Of a DNA stretch of 64,000 nt, positions 1 to 11,725 are shown one piece after another; position 1 is the stretch's first letter, and every line of letters starts with the position of its first letter. This DNA is from Squalus acanthias (taxonomy: Eukaryota). Under the pieces are notes generated by a model. The model saw only the letters and a list, made by a program, of their open reading frames with translations. It was not told where the DNA came from and did no database searches. The position numbers were made by a program, and so were the translations under genes. The stretch spans positions 65,226,001 to 65,290,000 of the forward strand of contig CM059432.1 in the NCBI GenBank assembly GCA_030390025.1, given 5' to 3'.

Positions 1-417
1 GGAATCCACAAACCACATTTGCAATGTCATGAAGGAGATATGGAATGACATGAAGAACACCCTGGTGAGTGTTGCAATCCAGCAAAGTTGTGCAGCATCA
101 AGATGTGATGAGAGCTCCTAAAGGCAATTGTTGTTTCAGAGTGGCAGCAGTGACTGCATACCCTGAAGAGCACCCAAGCTCAGGGCTTTCCATGGACTTA
201 ATTGGGAATATCTGGTTTGCTCTAATGCAGACCATTAGCCCAACTAAGCCTGTGCTCATGATAGTGATAACAGAGCTGCATCAATCCAGCCCCCTCTAAT
301 GCCAGCACAGGAGGGAGCTCCTGGCCTCGGCCTGGTAGGCATTAAACAAACAGTAACAGGACACCGTAGGAAGGTTCTGCAAGGACATCAGCATCACTCA
401 GTCCTTGAGGGCGCCAC

Positions 418-835
418 TGCTTTAGATGATGCTGCCAAAGGGCAGCATGTAGATTGGAAAGAGGAGGGGGCCAAAAATAAATCCTTGGGGGACTATGAAG
501 CTAACAGTGCAGGGGCAAAAAGAAAATACATTGCTAGAGATGCTCTGTCTACTATCGGATAGGTAAAAGTGGAACCAAGCAAGGGCAGTCCTACCAAGTT
601 GGACAATGGTGGAGAGGATTTGGAGGAGGATGGCGTGGTTGTCCATGTCAAAATTTGCAAAGGGGTCGAGGAGGATGAGAGCGGACAATATACTATGGTC
701 ATGGTCACAGAGAATACCGTTTGCGACTTTGATTCGAGCCGTTTCTGTACTGTGGGAGATGCAGAAACCTAATCGGAGAGATTTAAACAGTGATTTGCGG
801 CAAAAATTGTCACAAATTTGGGAGACGACAAAGAC
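418..835 (-). mobile_element. L2-type LINE reverse transcriptase fragment
   Basis: ORF 422-688(-) reads LILLD..A.FD..NH.ILLQ.L...LAWF.FYLSD.RQ...VPQG.I.GPLLF.IYMLP.G, typical of L2-clade RT; decayed. Confidence 0.8.
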
Positions 836-1142
836 TTCATGAGTTGCATGGCCTTCTCCTCATAGGGCAAGAGGTGTTTCGAAGGAGGAATAAATCATTG
901 CAGTTTCCAGCATATCTGGCATTGAAAATTGAAATGTAGGATCCTGTGCATGTTGTCATACACAATTTGTACACTGTGGGAGAGGAAGCCCTTCCTGTTT
1001 AGGTAGTTGAGAGGATTTTCTGTAGGAATTCGCAAAGCAATGTGGGCGCCATCCATTGCACCCTGGACCCTGATGGTCCTATCTCCCTGCTACCTTGCCA
1101 TGATGTCAAAGGTGATGAATTTGCCAGTTCTGCTGTAGATAT

Positions 1143-4100
1143 AGGGCTAGAAATTCGTTATAGCCAAGGAAAGGGCAGTGTCAGTAGAAAAGTTGGAGAA
1201 TTAGCGGCAAGCGCAAATGCTTTAGACTGCATGAAAAATTTGTGCTCATTGCTCAATAAAATGATTGGAGTCCTAAATCAAGTCTTAAAACCCAAGCTCA
1301 TTGGCATTAAACTTAAAGGGTGCACCAATATTGGGTGCAGTCTAATCACAATTCATAATTGCCACAGGCTTTTTACACTACTTAAAGGGGAGGTTCATTG
1401 ATGCTGCAGCACCTCATTCTCAGCATTGCTGGCTGTGCAGCTACTTCAGCAAGCAGAAGCAGGACAAGGAGAAGGAGCCGGAGGACTGAAGCAGGTATGC
1501 TCATGGCAGGTCCATGCTCCAGGGAGAGAGCCCACAGATTCTCCGATGAAGCATTAGAGGCATTGGTTTTCACTGTGGAGAGACGGAGGGCGGTGCTCTA
1601 CCTGGCAAGAGGTTGGAGACCCTCACCACAAGTCTTCCACACCATGTGGAGGGAGGTAGTGCAGCACTGTGATCCCCAGGACCCACACACAATGCAGGAA
1701 GAATTTTAACAACCTCACTCGGATGGTCAGGGTGAGTGAATGCTTCAACAAATGCTACATACCACCATCTGTACCACAATCTTCACACACTGCCCAAAGC
1801 ACCACACCCCCAGCACTCACCCACCAACAATCTCTACCTACCAACATTCACACCCACATCTCACACCTTGCACACAATGACAGCTATTCGACTATGGCAG
1901 GCACACCACCCAAACACATTGCTCCACACTCACTCACACACTTTCCTTACTCTTGCAGGCCAAGGTGGCTCACAACAGGAGAGAGCAGGAGCGCACAGGT
2001 TGGGGACAAGCCGACACCCAACCACTGTCTGAGCTAGAGACTCGAGTGCTGCAGATTATTGGGCACCAGGTGGTGGGCACCATGGCCACCGGTGATGTTG
2101 ACCCCCTTGGGGACAACAACAGTATGTTCATCCCTACTCCTTCTTCTCACATCCCACTTCCCCGCACCCCACAAGCCTTTCACACTTTCCAGCTAATCAT
2201 GCTGCGTGCATGCCTTTCTCCTTTCCTGCCCCCCTCCCTTCACCTTAACCTGACTATTGTGCCTTTATGCTTTCAGTTAATCAGCAAGCACCTGAGCAGC
2301 CTGTCCCTGAGGGCAGCATAGAGAGCGAGGCGGGAGAACAGGTGTAGGAAGAACACACCGTGTCACTGCATGTCTCACCTGCAGACACCAGCTCAGAAAC
2401 TGGCACTACGCATTCTTTAGAGGCTAGCATAGTAGCGGGATCTGCACAGGGTGAGGCACCGGAGATAATTGGGCAGCAGCCGGGGGAAAGGGTAGCTCGG
2501 GGGCCAGCTCCCTGGAGGGTGAGTTTGCGCATGAGTTCTGCTGCACAGGACTCAGATGAGGACCTCGATGGGGAGGCCTTTAAAACAAGGGTGATGGGCA
2601 TGCACACGGAGATGATAGGTGCAATTGCAAGGGTGCCCGAGAGCCTCTAGGCAATGGTAAGGAGCGTGGAGGAGTCCACCTCCAACATTGCACAAGGCTC
2701 TGCGCACACCATGGAGCCCATCACTTCCAGTCTGGAAAGGATGGTAGACTCCCAGAGAGACCATAGCGACCCAGACCTGATGCCACGTGTGATGGGCGAT
2801 CTGGCAGCTTCCATTGCAGCACAGGCGGAAGCGACGCAATGTCTCAGTGCTGTAAGGCAGTCTATGCTTGATGGCATCCAATCTCAGACTGCTCTCATGC
2901 AGTCTTAGCTTGATGCCACGCAAGCTCTGACTGCTGCCATCGTGGCTGGGTCTACCACCGTCGACCGGGGCTTTCACGGTGTCGCAGCAGGCCAGCAATC
3001 TGTGCTGCAACAGATTGCTAGTGATGCTGAGGTGCTGCCCCGGGAGAGTGGCAGTGGGTCAGTGGAGCAGGAACCTGCTGTCCTCTCTCAGGATGACATC
3101 ATTCCTGCTCCCACCACTGCCACTCCGCCATTGCACTTGTTGCTGCCTGTCATCCAGCCAGCCCAGACTGCTGCCGCCCATGCTGCGGTGGTACAGTCTA
3201 CAGTCGGGCCTTCCAGGTTCAGAGGTGGTTGAGGACATCCTGCAAGGCCATCTGAAGTCTCCCGCACAGACACTCAGCAGCCTTCCAGCAGCCCTGCTGC
3301 AGCCACTGGGCCAACACTTCATAGGAACACCAGAGTAGGCCAAGATACAGTAACGACAGGCACTAAGGGGTTGCACAAGGGTGAAAAGTAAATATTTTTG
3401 GTGTAAATATGTGTCCACTACTTTTTGATAAATTTATTACTTCATTTACCATTCTTTTGTGGTGTCTCTCATTTCAGCTGTGCGCTGTGATATGGGCTGC
3501 GAGAGGGATGGAATGATGGGGATGTGGTGAGAAATGGGGATCTGGGGTTTAAGTCATCCTGGTGTGAGGCTGGAGGTCTGTTTGCAGGAGGTGGCAGAGT
3601 TCTGTGACCACCTCCTTGGTGAAGCGGAGCCATCTAGTATGCTGCTCCTCGCTTAATTGAAGGTAGGAGAAGTGGTCTCAGAATACCCTCGGAGGGTAAG
3701 GCCTCCTGGTGAGAGCCCTGATGTCCCGCCTCATCTCTCTGCGCACATATTCCCCTATTTCTCGCTGGCTACGCTCCCTCCACCGTAGATCCCGGAGGGC
3801 AAGGTGGCGTGCCAGTACAGCCCCCATTAATGTTACCAAGTGTAGCAGTTTGAATCTTTGAAGAATAAATGTAGCTACTTTTAGTTGCCACAAGACTACT
3901 GATACAAAGGAATCTTGAAATTACTGAATGAAACTGTTCAGTGGGTGAAACTAACAAAAAAAACATTGAAACTGCACTAATCTGACAGATGTGAATGATT
4001 ACTAATGATCCCTTTAAATAAGGTCCCTGGAGCTAGCTTCCCGGTGCTACACGCCAGCTCTCCCTGTCAGTGTTTACTTTAGGCGGTGAGATAAGTGGCA

Positions 4101-4327
4101 AGAATCAATTTTGCAAATTGGGCGATCAGTGAGCATTGCACACTCACTAACGTCACGATCTACCTGGCGCTGACGTTCCCAGCGATACCTATTACCGGCA
4201 GCGCTCTGGGGGGCCGGATTTGACGTGCAGTGCTGGATTCGCCTCGCCCTGGCGATACTGATGTAGTGCCCCATTAGCACCATCTACTGGCGCTAACGGG
4301 AGGCAGTAAGTGGAAAAAATTTTCCCC
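1143..4327. mobile_element. Harbinger deletion derivative (family A): decayed Myb gene on +, 5' stump of transposase on -
   Basis: Ends AGGGCTAGAAATT ... AATTTTCCCC, subterminal similarity to element 6870-11213. Transposase N-terminus (MGAV...RRPYPPRVF*DHFSYLQLSEE...FTKEVVTELCHLLQ) at ~3830-3555, then deleted. Confidence 0.8.
1497..3390 (+). pseudogene. Harbinger Myb/SANT ORF2, 3 exons (1497-1731, 1959-2121, 2277-~3390), disrupted
   Basis: RERAHRFSDEALEALV..V..RR..L...W..V...RTHTQCRKNFNNL Myb/SANT motif; GT-AG sites; exon 2 is 163 bp, the same as in the complete copy; frameshift in exon 1 and stops in exon 3. Confidence 0.8.
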
Positions 4328-5889
4328 TGTAGAGTGCATCAGTCACCTGACGAATGCATGCCTGTGCAGCCTGGTTGATATTACAGAGATTCCCCCATGG
4401 CTGCCTGAAATCAGCGTGTGCCACAGAGATAGCAATGCAAGCAGATGACCCCGTGGCTGCAGATCCTCACGCAGAAGGTGGCAGTGCTCCCAATTGTCTC
4501 TTTGCTGAAGCACAATCTTATACACATTTTCTCACAGGGCCTGTGTTGCTTGTATATTTTATTGTTGGGGGGGGGGATATCTGTGGGCTGCATCCTCTTT
4601 AAATGCCGCCTGACTCTCCTTTGCTCCCATCCATTGCTGCTCCTCCTTGTCATCCATGATACTGGTATACAAGTGTATGCCCATTGGGAATGCTATACTT
4701 GCTCCTGAGAAGCCCTCACTGTTAGCTAGTGTGTGGTGGTGGTTAAATATTCTTGGTGGTCTGACCTTCCAGCAGACACAGAGCTGCTGGGCAATGGTAG
4801 TATAGGTTTATCACTGCAGTTGGTAACTGTGTACATGATTTCTGACTATAGCATCAAGTGGTGCTCATTGAAGTTCCTAAACGGCAAACACAAAAGCTGT
4901 GAGTAACTGGCCTGTTCCTCATGGATGCTCCTTTTCGACTTCAGACCTACACGGGACAGATAGCTATGTGCAGTACGGTTACAAATGAGAGCATCTCTCA
5001 GGTTGATGTAAAAGACCCCATGGAACTATTTTTTTCTGTGTGAAAATTGGCTGCTGTTTTCCTACGTTACAACAGTGACTACACTTCTAAAGTAATTCAT
5101 TGGCTGTAAAGCGCTTGGGGACGTCCTGAGGTAGTGAAAAGCGCGATATAAATGCAAATTCTTTCTTTCTTAATGGCTTCGTCAACCTTCACTCGCACGT
5201 TCACAGAATGATGCATTTATAGCACAGGAGGCAGCTTTGGAGAAATCCTTAGGAAGGTTGATGAGAGGAAGACTGGTTATGTGATAAGGAAAGGACATTG
5301 TGGAGGATTGCAAACTATCACATGAGAAAGAGTCCAGTCCTAAAGCTCTAAAGTGTTGGAAAATGAAGGTTTGAAAAGCAGTGCTGGTAGTTCTTCTTAC
5401 TCAAAGATGAACCCTTGAAACAGAATCTTGATTGTGCTGATAACTACTAAATTAATATATGGACAAACAAACGGACAGCTAGTTGTCAAAAAAGCTCCAG
5501 TGAGGTCCTTGGTCAGACAGGGTACCAGTACAGTGCCAGGTGTTGGAATGATGCAACTCCTAAAGAATAAGTGCCAAGTGGACACAAAGTAAATATCAAA
5601 TGATTCCCAAGGTATGGTACGAATTCAAAAGAACGCTGATAAAACACTAGGCGAGTCAAAAGCGAAGGAGGAAACTATTATTCCAAAGGGGAACAAAATT
5701 ATTCAGTGCAGGGTTCCCTAATGTGACAAACAATCACAACTGATCTAGCTCTGCCTCAGAGAGTCAGCACAGACCCGAGATCAGGCTCAATGCCTTTACC
5801 CAGTAAATCATCAGGAACTCAACATAGACCAAGGATCAATGCATTTACTCAGTAAACAATCGGGGAATCAGGGCAGACCAGGGATTGGT

Positions 5890-6490
5890 TCCATAACCTG
5901 TAGGATATGCGGCACATTCTTTGTTCCAGTCCTAATCAGGTCTCCTCCATCACCTCTTTTTCCGGTACATTGATGACTGTATTAGTGGCGTTTCCTGCTC
6001 TTGCCCCGAACTGGACAATTTCATCAACTTTGCCTCTAATTTCCACCCTTCCCTCGCCCTCACATGGTCTATCTCTGACTCTGCCCTTCCCTTCCTCGAC
6101 TTCCCTATCTCCATTTCTGGGGTTAGGCTATTGATCAATATACACTATAAGCCCACTGGTGCCCACAGCTACCGTGACTACACCTCCGCCCACTGTAAGG
6201 ACTATATTCGCTGCTCACGATGCGGTCTCCTCTACATTGGGCAGACCAAACGCAGATTGGGTGACTGCTTTCTGGAGCACATCCGTACAGTCCGCAGGCG
6301 TGACCCTGAGCGTCTGGTCACCTGTCATTTTAATTCTCCACATCACTCCCAATCTGACCTCTCTGTCCTTAGCCTCCTACACTGTTCCAATGAAACTCAA
6401 CGTAAGCTCGAGGAACAGCACCTCATCTGTCAATTAAGCACTTTACAGCCTTCCGGACTCAACATTAAGTTCAACAATTTCAGATCATAA
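5890..6490 (+). mobile_element. Penelope-like retroelement remnant (RT YIDD region joined by internal deletion to GIY-YIG endonuclease C-terminus)
   Basis: One open frame ~5936-6490: LFFRYIDDC...FLD...IHYKPT..HSY.DYTSAH, then YIRCSRCGLLYIGQTKRRLGD.F.EH...HFN...RKLEEQHLI..L.TLQPSGLN. Confidence 0.85.
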
Positions 6491-7382
6491 GAACATAAGA
6501 ACATAAGAAATAAGAGCAGGAGTAGGCCATTCAGCCGCTTATGCCTGCTCTGCCATTCAATAAGATCATGGTTGATCTGATCTTGGCCTCAACTCCACTT
6601 TTCTGCCTGCTCCCCATAACCCTTGACTCCCCTGTAGTTCAAAAATCTGTCTATCTCAGCCTTGAATATATTCAATGACTCAGCCTCCACAGCTCTCTGG
6701 GGTAGAGAATTCCAAAGATTCATGACCCTCTGAGAGAAGAAATTCCTCCTCATCTCCATCTTAAATGGGCGACCCCTTATTCTGAAACTGTGCCCCCTAG
6801 TTCTAGATTCCCCCACAAGGGGAAACATCCTCCCTGCATCTACCCTGTCAAGCCCCCTCAGAATCTTATGGGGTAAAAATTCAGTTGGTTGCGCCTCCCG
6901 TTAGCGCCTTAAATGGGCGCTAATGGGGCGTTAAGGCGCTAACGCCCGGGCGCAGCGCTGTTTGCGCCGCTCGAGAACTTAACTTGAGATTCTGCGGCGG
7001 CGCTAAAACTTACCGCTGCGACCACCTGCGCGCGCAGATTGTGACGTCATTCCGTGGTGCAACGCCCTTGGGGCGCCCCGGAGCGGAAATTGAGTGGCGC
7101 CCCCTGCCTTACCGCCTGGCGCTTCCAACGACCGGAAGACTGGAACGTTATCAATCGGTGTGGGGCTGGGGGGGGGCGCTATTTAAAGGGGGCCTCTTCC
7201 TGTCTTTTTCTGTGGTCGACATTTATGCACCACTCGTTCTGAGAGAGAGAGAGAGATTCGGAGAGAGAGAGAGAGAGACTTCTACATTGACTCAACGCTT
7301 TGTGAGGTAGTTTTGCCGAGTTCATCCTAATTTTGCTGCTACTTTCGTTGCTGTACCTCATTAATTTTCTGGCAAAGAGAAT

Positions 7383-8543
7383 ATGGGGGCTGCAATGATT
7401 GGGGGCGTCGTCCTGCTCCAGCTCAATCGGAGGAGAGTGAGACGCAGACAGAGAGTGGCAATGATGGCCAGACGGAGGAGGGCCATCAGGCGCATGTACA
7501 GGAGAGCTTACCCTCCCAGGGTATATCGTGAACAGCTCTCCTACATCCACATGTCCGAGGAGCTGTGTTTGCGAAGGCTGCGAATCAGCAAGGAGGTGGT
7601 CACTGAGCTCTGCCACCTGCTGCAGCCAGATCTGCAGCCTCAGCTGAGGTCCAGGACGTCTCTGTCGGTGACAGTGAAGGTCACAGTGGCTTTGAACTTC
7701 TACGCCACTGGCTCATTCCAAGCTGCTGTTGGGGACCTCGCCAATATCTCCCAGTTTGCGGTGCATCGCTGCATCCGACAGGTCACCAATGCCCTCTTCA
7801 CAAGGAGACGAGACTTCATCTCCTTCCCTATGACCCCAGACAAGCAGCATGACCGTGCTATGGGCTTTGCGAGGGTAGCGGGCTTCCCCATGGTGCAGGG
7901 CGCCATTGACTGCACGCATGTGGCTTTGCGTGCTCCGCGAGAGAATGCAGAGGAGTTCCGGAACAGAAAGGGGTTCCATTCCTTGAATGTGCAGTTGGTC
8001 TGTGACCACAGACAGGTGATTCTCGCTGTCAATGCCCACTATCCGGGCAGCTGCCACGATGCTTTCATCCTGCGCCAGAGTACTGTGGCAGAAATTTTCG
8101 AGGCATCGCATCAGCCAGTTGGTTGGCTTCTGGGGAACAAGGGGTACGCATTGAGCACCTGGCTGATGACACCGCTCCGTGCGCCAAACACCCCTGCTGA
8201 GCTGCGGTACCAGGAAAGCCAAGAAGCAACGAGGAACATTATTGAGCGCACAATCGGCGTGCTCAAACAACGATTCCGCTGTCTGGACCATTCCGGAGGA
8301 GCCCTGCAGTACTCGCCTGAGCAAGATTCCAAATTCGTAGTGGTGTGCTGCATGTTGCACAACATGGCAATCCTCAGGACGCAGCCAATGCCACCAGGCC
8401 TTGCAGCACCACAAGAGGAGGAGGAGGAAGAGGAGGAACAGGCCGAGGACGATGATCAGCAGCAGCACCAAGGCAGGAGGGCGGCCCACAATGGTCAAAC
8501 TGCAAGGGCCGTCCGTCAACGACTAATAGCAAGCCGCTTCTAG
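7383..8543 (+). CDS. Harbinger DDE transposase (HARBI1-like), 386 aa, uninterrupted
   Basis: Motifs [59 protein letters not shown]. Confidence 0.95.
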   Translation: MGAAMIGGVVLLQLNRRRVRRRQRVAMMARRRRAIRRMYRRAYPPRVYREQLSYIHMSEELCLRRLRISKEVVTELCHLLQPDLQPQLRSRTSLSVTVKVTVALNFYATGSFQAAVGDLANISQFAVHRCIRQVTNALFTRRRDFISFPMTPDKQHDRAMGFARVAGFPMVQGAIDCTHVALRAPRENAEEFRNRKGFHSLNVQLVCDHRQVILAVNAHYPGSCHDAFILRQSTVAEIFEASHQPVGWLLGNKGYALSTWLMTPLRAPNTPAELRYQESQEATRNIIERTIGVLKQRFRCLDHSGGALQYSPEQDSKFVVVCCMLHNMAILRTQPMPPGLAAPQEEEEEEEEQAEDDDQQQHQGRRAAHNGQTARAVRQRLIASRF

Positions 8544-8770
8544 GGCCCCTGCCAGTGCTACAAACACGAATCAACCCAGCACGCAACCCCTAAGCCGGCC
8601 AAGGCACCAATAATTCCAACCACCAGCCATATATATTTTGAATACAGAAACTTATTTATTGTACAAACTCTGTGTGTGTCAATTCCTCATGACAAACTCA
8701 TAGAAATAAACACAAAAAAACAGTCAATAACATAACTGGTTCTCACAACCTGGAGATAATGTCCAAAACA

Positions 8771-10856
8771 CTAAACAAAAGTTGGGCCATGAACCTCGGC
8801 CTTTAATAAAAAAATGACCAGCATTTTGGCACACCTCTTACTTTTTGCCCTTCGAGGATGATCTCCTTCCCTTGCGCACTTCCCCCTTCTAACCCTACTG
8901 CTCCTCCGTAATGGGACCTCAGTGGCTGCAGCAAGGCTGGTGGAAGGCTGCTGCTTGTCAGACCCTGACACTGCAGATGCCCCTGAAGGACGGCCTCGAC
9001 CACTTCTGGGCCTGGAGGGCCCGGCTGCAGACTGCACCAACTCTGCATGGGCGGCAGCAGTCTGTCCTACAGGCGGTGGCAAGTGCAGTGGAGAAGTGAC
9101 AGTGTTGGCAGCAGGAATGCTGTCATCGTGAGAGAGGACAGCAACTCCCTGCTCGCCCGACACACTGGCACTCCCACGGGGCAGCACTTCAGCATCCGGA
9201 GCAATTTGCCGGAGAACAGATTGCTGGCCTGCTGCGGCGCGGTGACAGCCCCGGGGACATGTGCACGAACCATCGAGGATGGCAGCAGTCAGTGCTCGCG
9301 TGGCCTCAATCTGAGTCTGCATGAGAGCAGTCTCAGATGGGTTCCTGGCAGCCAGTGACTGAATTGCAGCAGTAAGCTTTAGTGTGGCATCCGCCTGTGC
9401 TACAGCGAAGTGCTCCACACTCCTTGCCAGTGCCTCAATGCATTCGGGCACCCTTCCCACTGCACCCATGAGCTCAGTGTGCATGCCCACCGCCTGGCTG
9501 TTCATTTCTGCAATCAGCCGCTCCTCCTCTGCGTCCATTTCATTAGGAGTGTCTGGCATACTCTCCCTCTGGGGAGAAGGCTCCCGTTTTTCCCTCCCCC
9601 CCCCCCATGGCGTTGCTGCAGCCCGCTGGGTCCTGGAACTTCACCATCATCAGCCCCTTCCCCCCTGCTCCCCCGTTCTTCCCTCCCCCCCCAATGGCGT
9701 TGCTGCAGCCCGCTGGGTCCTGGAACTTCACCATCATCAGCCCCTTCCCCCCTGCTCCCCTCCGGGGAAGGCGTGTGCCCAGTGTGGCCATGGGCTTCCT
9801 CGGGAGAGGGTGGCACTGATGCTCCGGCTTCCTCTTCCTCCTCAGCTGCAGCATCACTCCCAGTGGCAGCTTCAGGGACCATCTCCTCAGCTGGTGAATC
9901 ACCATCTGAAAGCAGGGAGGTACAAGAGTGGCTTTAGCATGAGGACAGGGTGGCAGTAAGGGAGGAATAAGTGCAGCGAGTTAGCAAGTTGGATTGAAAG
10001 TGTCAAAGGCTGGTATTGTGAGGGACAAGTGGAAGGACAGAGGACAAAAAGGTGATGACCTTACCATTGCTGTCCACAACGGGGTCGGCGTCTCCAGTGG
10101 CGACGGGACCGATCACCCGGCTTGCCACAATCCTGTGGACGCGCTCCTCCAGATCGCTGAGATGTTGCAGCTGAAGCCGCCCTCTACCCGTCCGTTGCTG
10201 CTGTCTCCGATTATGAGCCAGCTTAGCCTGCAAGAAAAAGGACAGCATCTGAGTCAATATACAGCCATGGTCTTGCCTGATGTGCCTCCCATAGGTGAAT
10301 AGCCCTTACAATATACAGCCATGGTCTTGCCTGATGTGCCTCCCATAGGTGAATAGCCCTTACTGTATGCAGCCATGGTCTTGCCTGATGTGCCTCCCAT
10401 AGGTGAATAGCCCTTACTGTATGCAGCCATGGTCTTGCCTGATGTGCCTCCCATAGGTGAATAGCCCTTACTGTATGCAAAGTGTGGAATGTGTGTGTGT
10501 GTTTGATGAAAGGGCCATAGGTGTTGCATGAGTGTTGTGCATTGGGGTTTTAAGACCCTCTGGCCATAGAGTGAGGTTGAGATGGAGGGATGGAGAGGTA
10601 TTGAGAAAAAGCCACTCACCCTGACGACCCGAGTGAGGTCGTTGAACTTTTTGCGGCTCTGGACATGGGTCCTGGGCACCATGCTCCTGGAGGAGACGCT
10701 CTGAGCCACCTCCCTCCACACTCTTCTGAACTCGCGTGGCAAAGGCCTCATGCCACTCTCCGGGAACAGCATGCATCGTCTGCGCTCCACTGCATCAACC
10801 AGAGCATCCAAGGCCCACTCGGTGAAGCGATGAGCGCGTTCTCTCACCCTCTCCAT
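8771..10856 (-). CDS. Harbinger ORF2 Myb/SANT DNA-binding protein; exons 10856-10620, 10227-10065, 9905-8771, with one frameshift in a G-run near 9600
   Basis: Exon 1 MERVRERAHRFTEWALDALVDAVERRR..LF...W.EVA..V...RTHVQSRKKFNDL. GT-AG junctions of phase 0 and 1 keep the frame. Exon 3 needs a 1-nt shift to join ORF 8771-9559. Confidence 0.8.
9598..9760. repeat. 87-bp in-frame tandem duplication in Myb gene exon 3
   Basis: Two copies of catggcgttgctgcagcccgctgggtcctggaacttcaccatcatcagccccttc; peptide GSRGEGADDGEVPGPSGLQQRH twice. Confidence 0.9.
10258..10478. repeat. 54-bp minisatellite x4 in intron 1 of the Myb gene
   Basis: Unit cagccatggtcttgcctgatgtgcctcccataggtgaatagcccttac..; copies start ~10261, 10315, 10369, 10423. 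Confidence 0.95.
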
Positions 10857-11725
10857 GCTTGGCAGCAAAATGGATTACAGGTCTCTCCAGGCTGAGATTC
10901 AAGGCTGCAATGAGCAGGGTGTGGCTGGGGAGCAAGTGGCCCCCCCCGCTTTAAGAAGTGTCCGGCGCCAGTGTGTCTGTGTTCCCTCGCTAACTGGCAG
11001 CAGCTGCGCTGCGCTCGTGCGCTGAGGTAGCGCCTCACTCCTAGGCCTTTGCGCCTTAAGAGAGGTGTGCAGCGCCTAATTTAGCGCTCCACTCACCTCC
11101 CGGGGCGGTAAAAGTGATGTTTCCTGTCAGTGCCGATAATTAGCGCCAGGCGCTAATATTTGCGCGCGGACGATATTTGCGCCCCAAATGGGGCGCGACC
11201 TAATTTCTACCCCTATATGTTTCAATAAGATCACCTCTCATTCTTTTAAACTCCAATGAGTATAGGACCAACCTGCTCAACATTTCCTCATAAGACAACC
11301 CCTTCATCCCAGGAATCAACCTAGTGAACCTTCTCTGAACTGCCTCCAATGCAAGTATATACCTCCTTAAATAAGGAGACCAAAACTATATGCAGTAATC
11401 TGGGTGTGGTCTCACCAACGCCTTGTACAGTTGTAGCAAGACTTCCCTACTTTTATACTCCATCCTGCTTGCAATAAAGGCCAACATTCCATTTGTCTTC
11501 CTAATTACTTGCTGTACCTGCATGCTAACTTTTTATGTTTCATGTACGAGGACACCCAGATCCCTCTGTACCGCAGCATTCTGTAGTCTCTCTCCATTTA
11601 AATAATATTTTGCTTTTCTATTCTTGCTACCAAAGTGGATAACCTCACATTTTCCCACATTATACTCCATCTGCTAAATTTTTGCCCACTCACTTAACCT
11701 ATCTATATCCCTTTGCAGATTCTTT

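Larger units (their letters stand above)
840..4690 (-). pseudogene. Old Harbinger transposase fossil, split by a younger Harbinger (pieces ~4690-4328 and ~1140-840)
   Basis: Minus-strand translation gives CHLLREDLQP...CIRQVTDALY (4490-4328), continuing SRTGKFITF...VQGAMDGAHIALRIP.ENP..YLNRKGF...VQIVYD (1137-950); many stops and frameshifts. Confidence 0.75.
6870..11213. mobile_element. Near-complete PIF/Harbinger transposon (family A, 4344 bp) with convergent transposase and Myb genes
   Basis: TIRs GGGGTAAAAATT / AATTTCTACCCC. 3-bp TSD TAT (6867-69, 11214-16); removing the element restores the CR1 sequence gaatcttatatgttt. CpG-rich ends suggest a young insertion. Confidence 0.95.

Noticed and set aside
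7713..8519. 268-aa antisense ORF and many similar shadow ORFs over GC-rich TE genes
   Set aside because: No recognisable motifs; expected by-product of GC-rich coding sequence on the opposite strand.
7383..8543. Domesticated host gene HARBI1
   Set aside because: Flanked by TIRs and a TSD and inserted in a CR1; it is a transposon copy, so no gene symbol given.
10258..10478. CRISPR-like regular repeat
   Set aside because: Head-to-tail units with no unique spacers; eukaryotic transposon intron.
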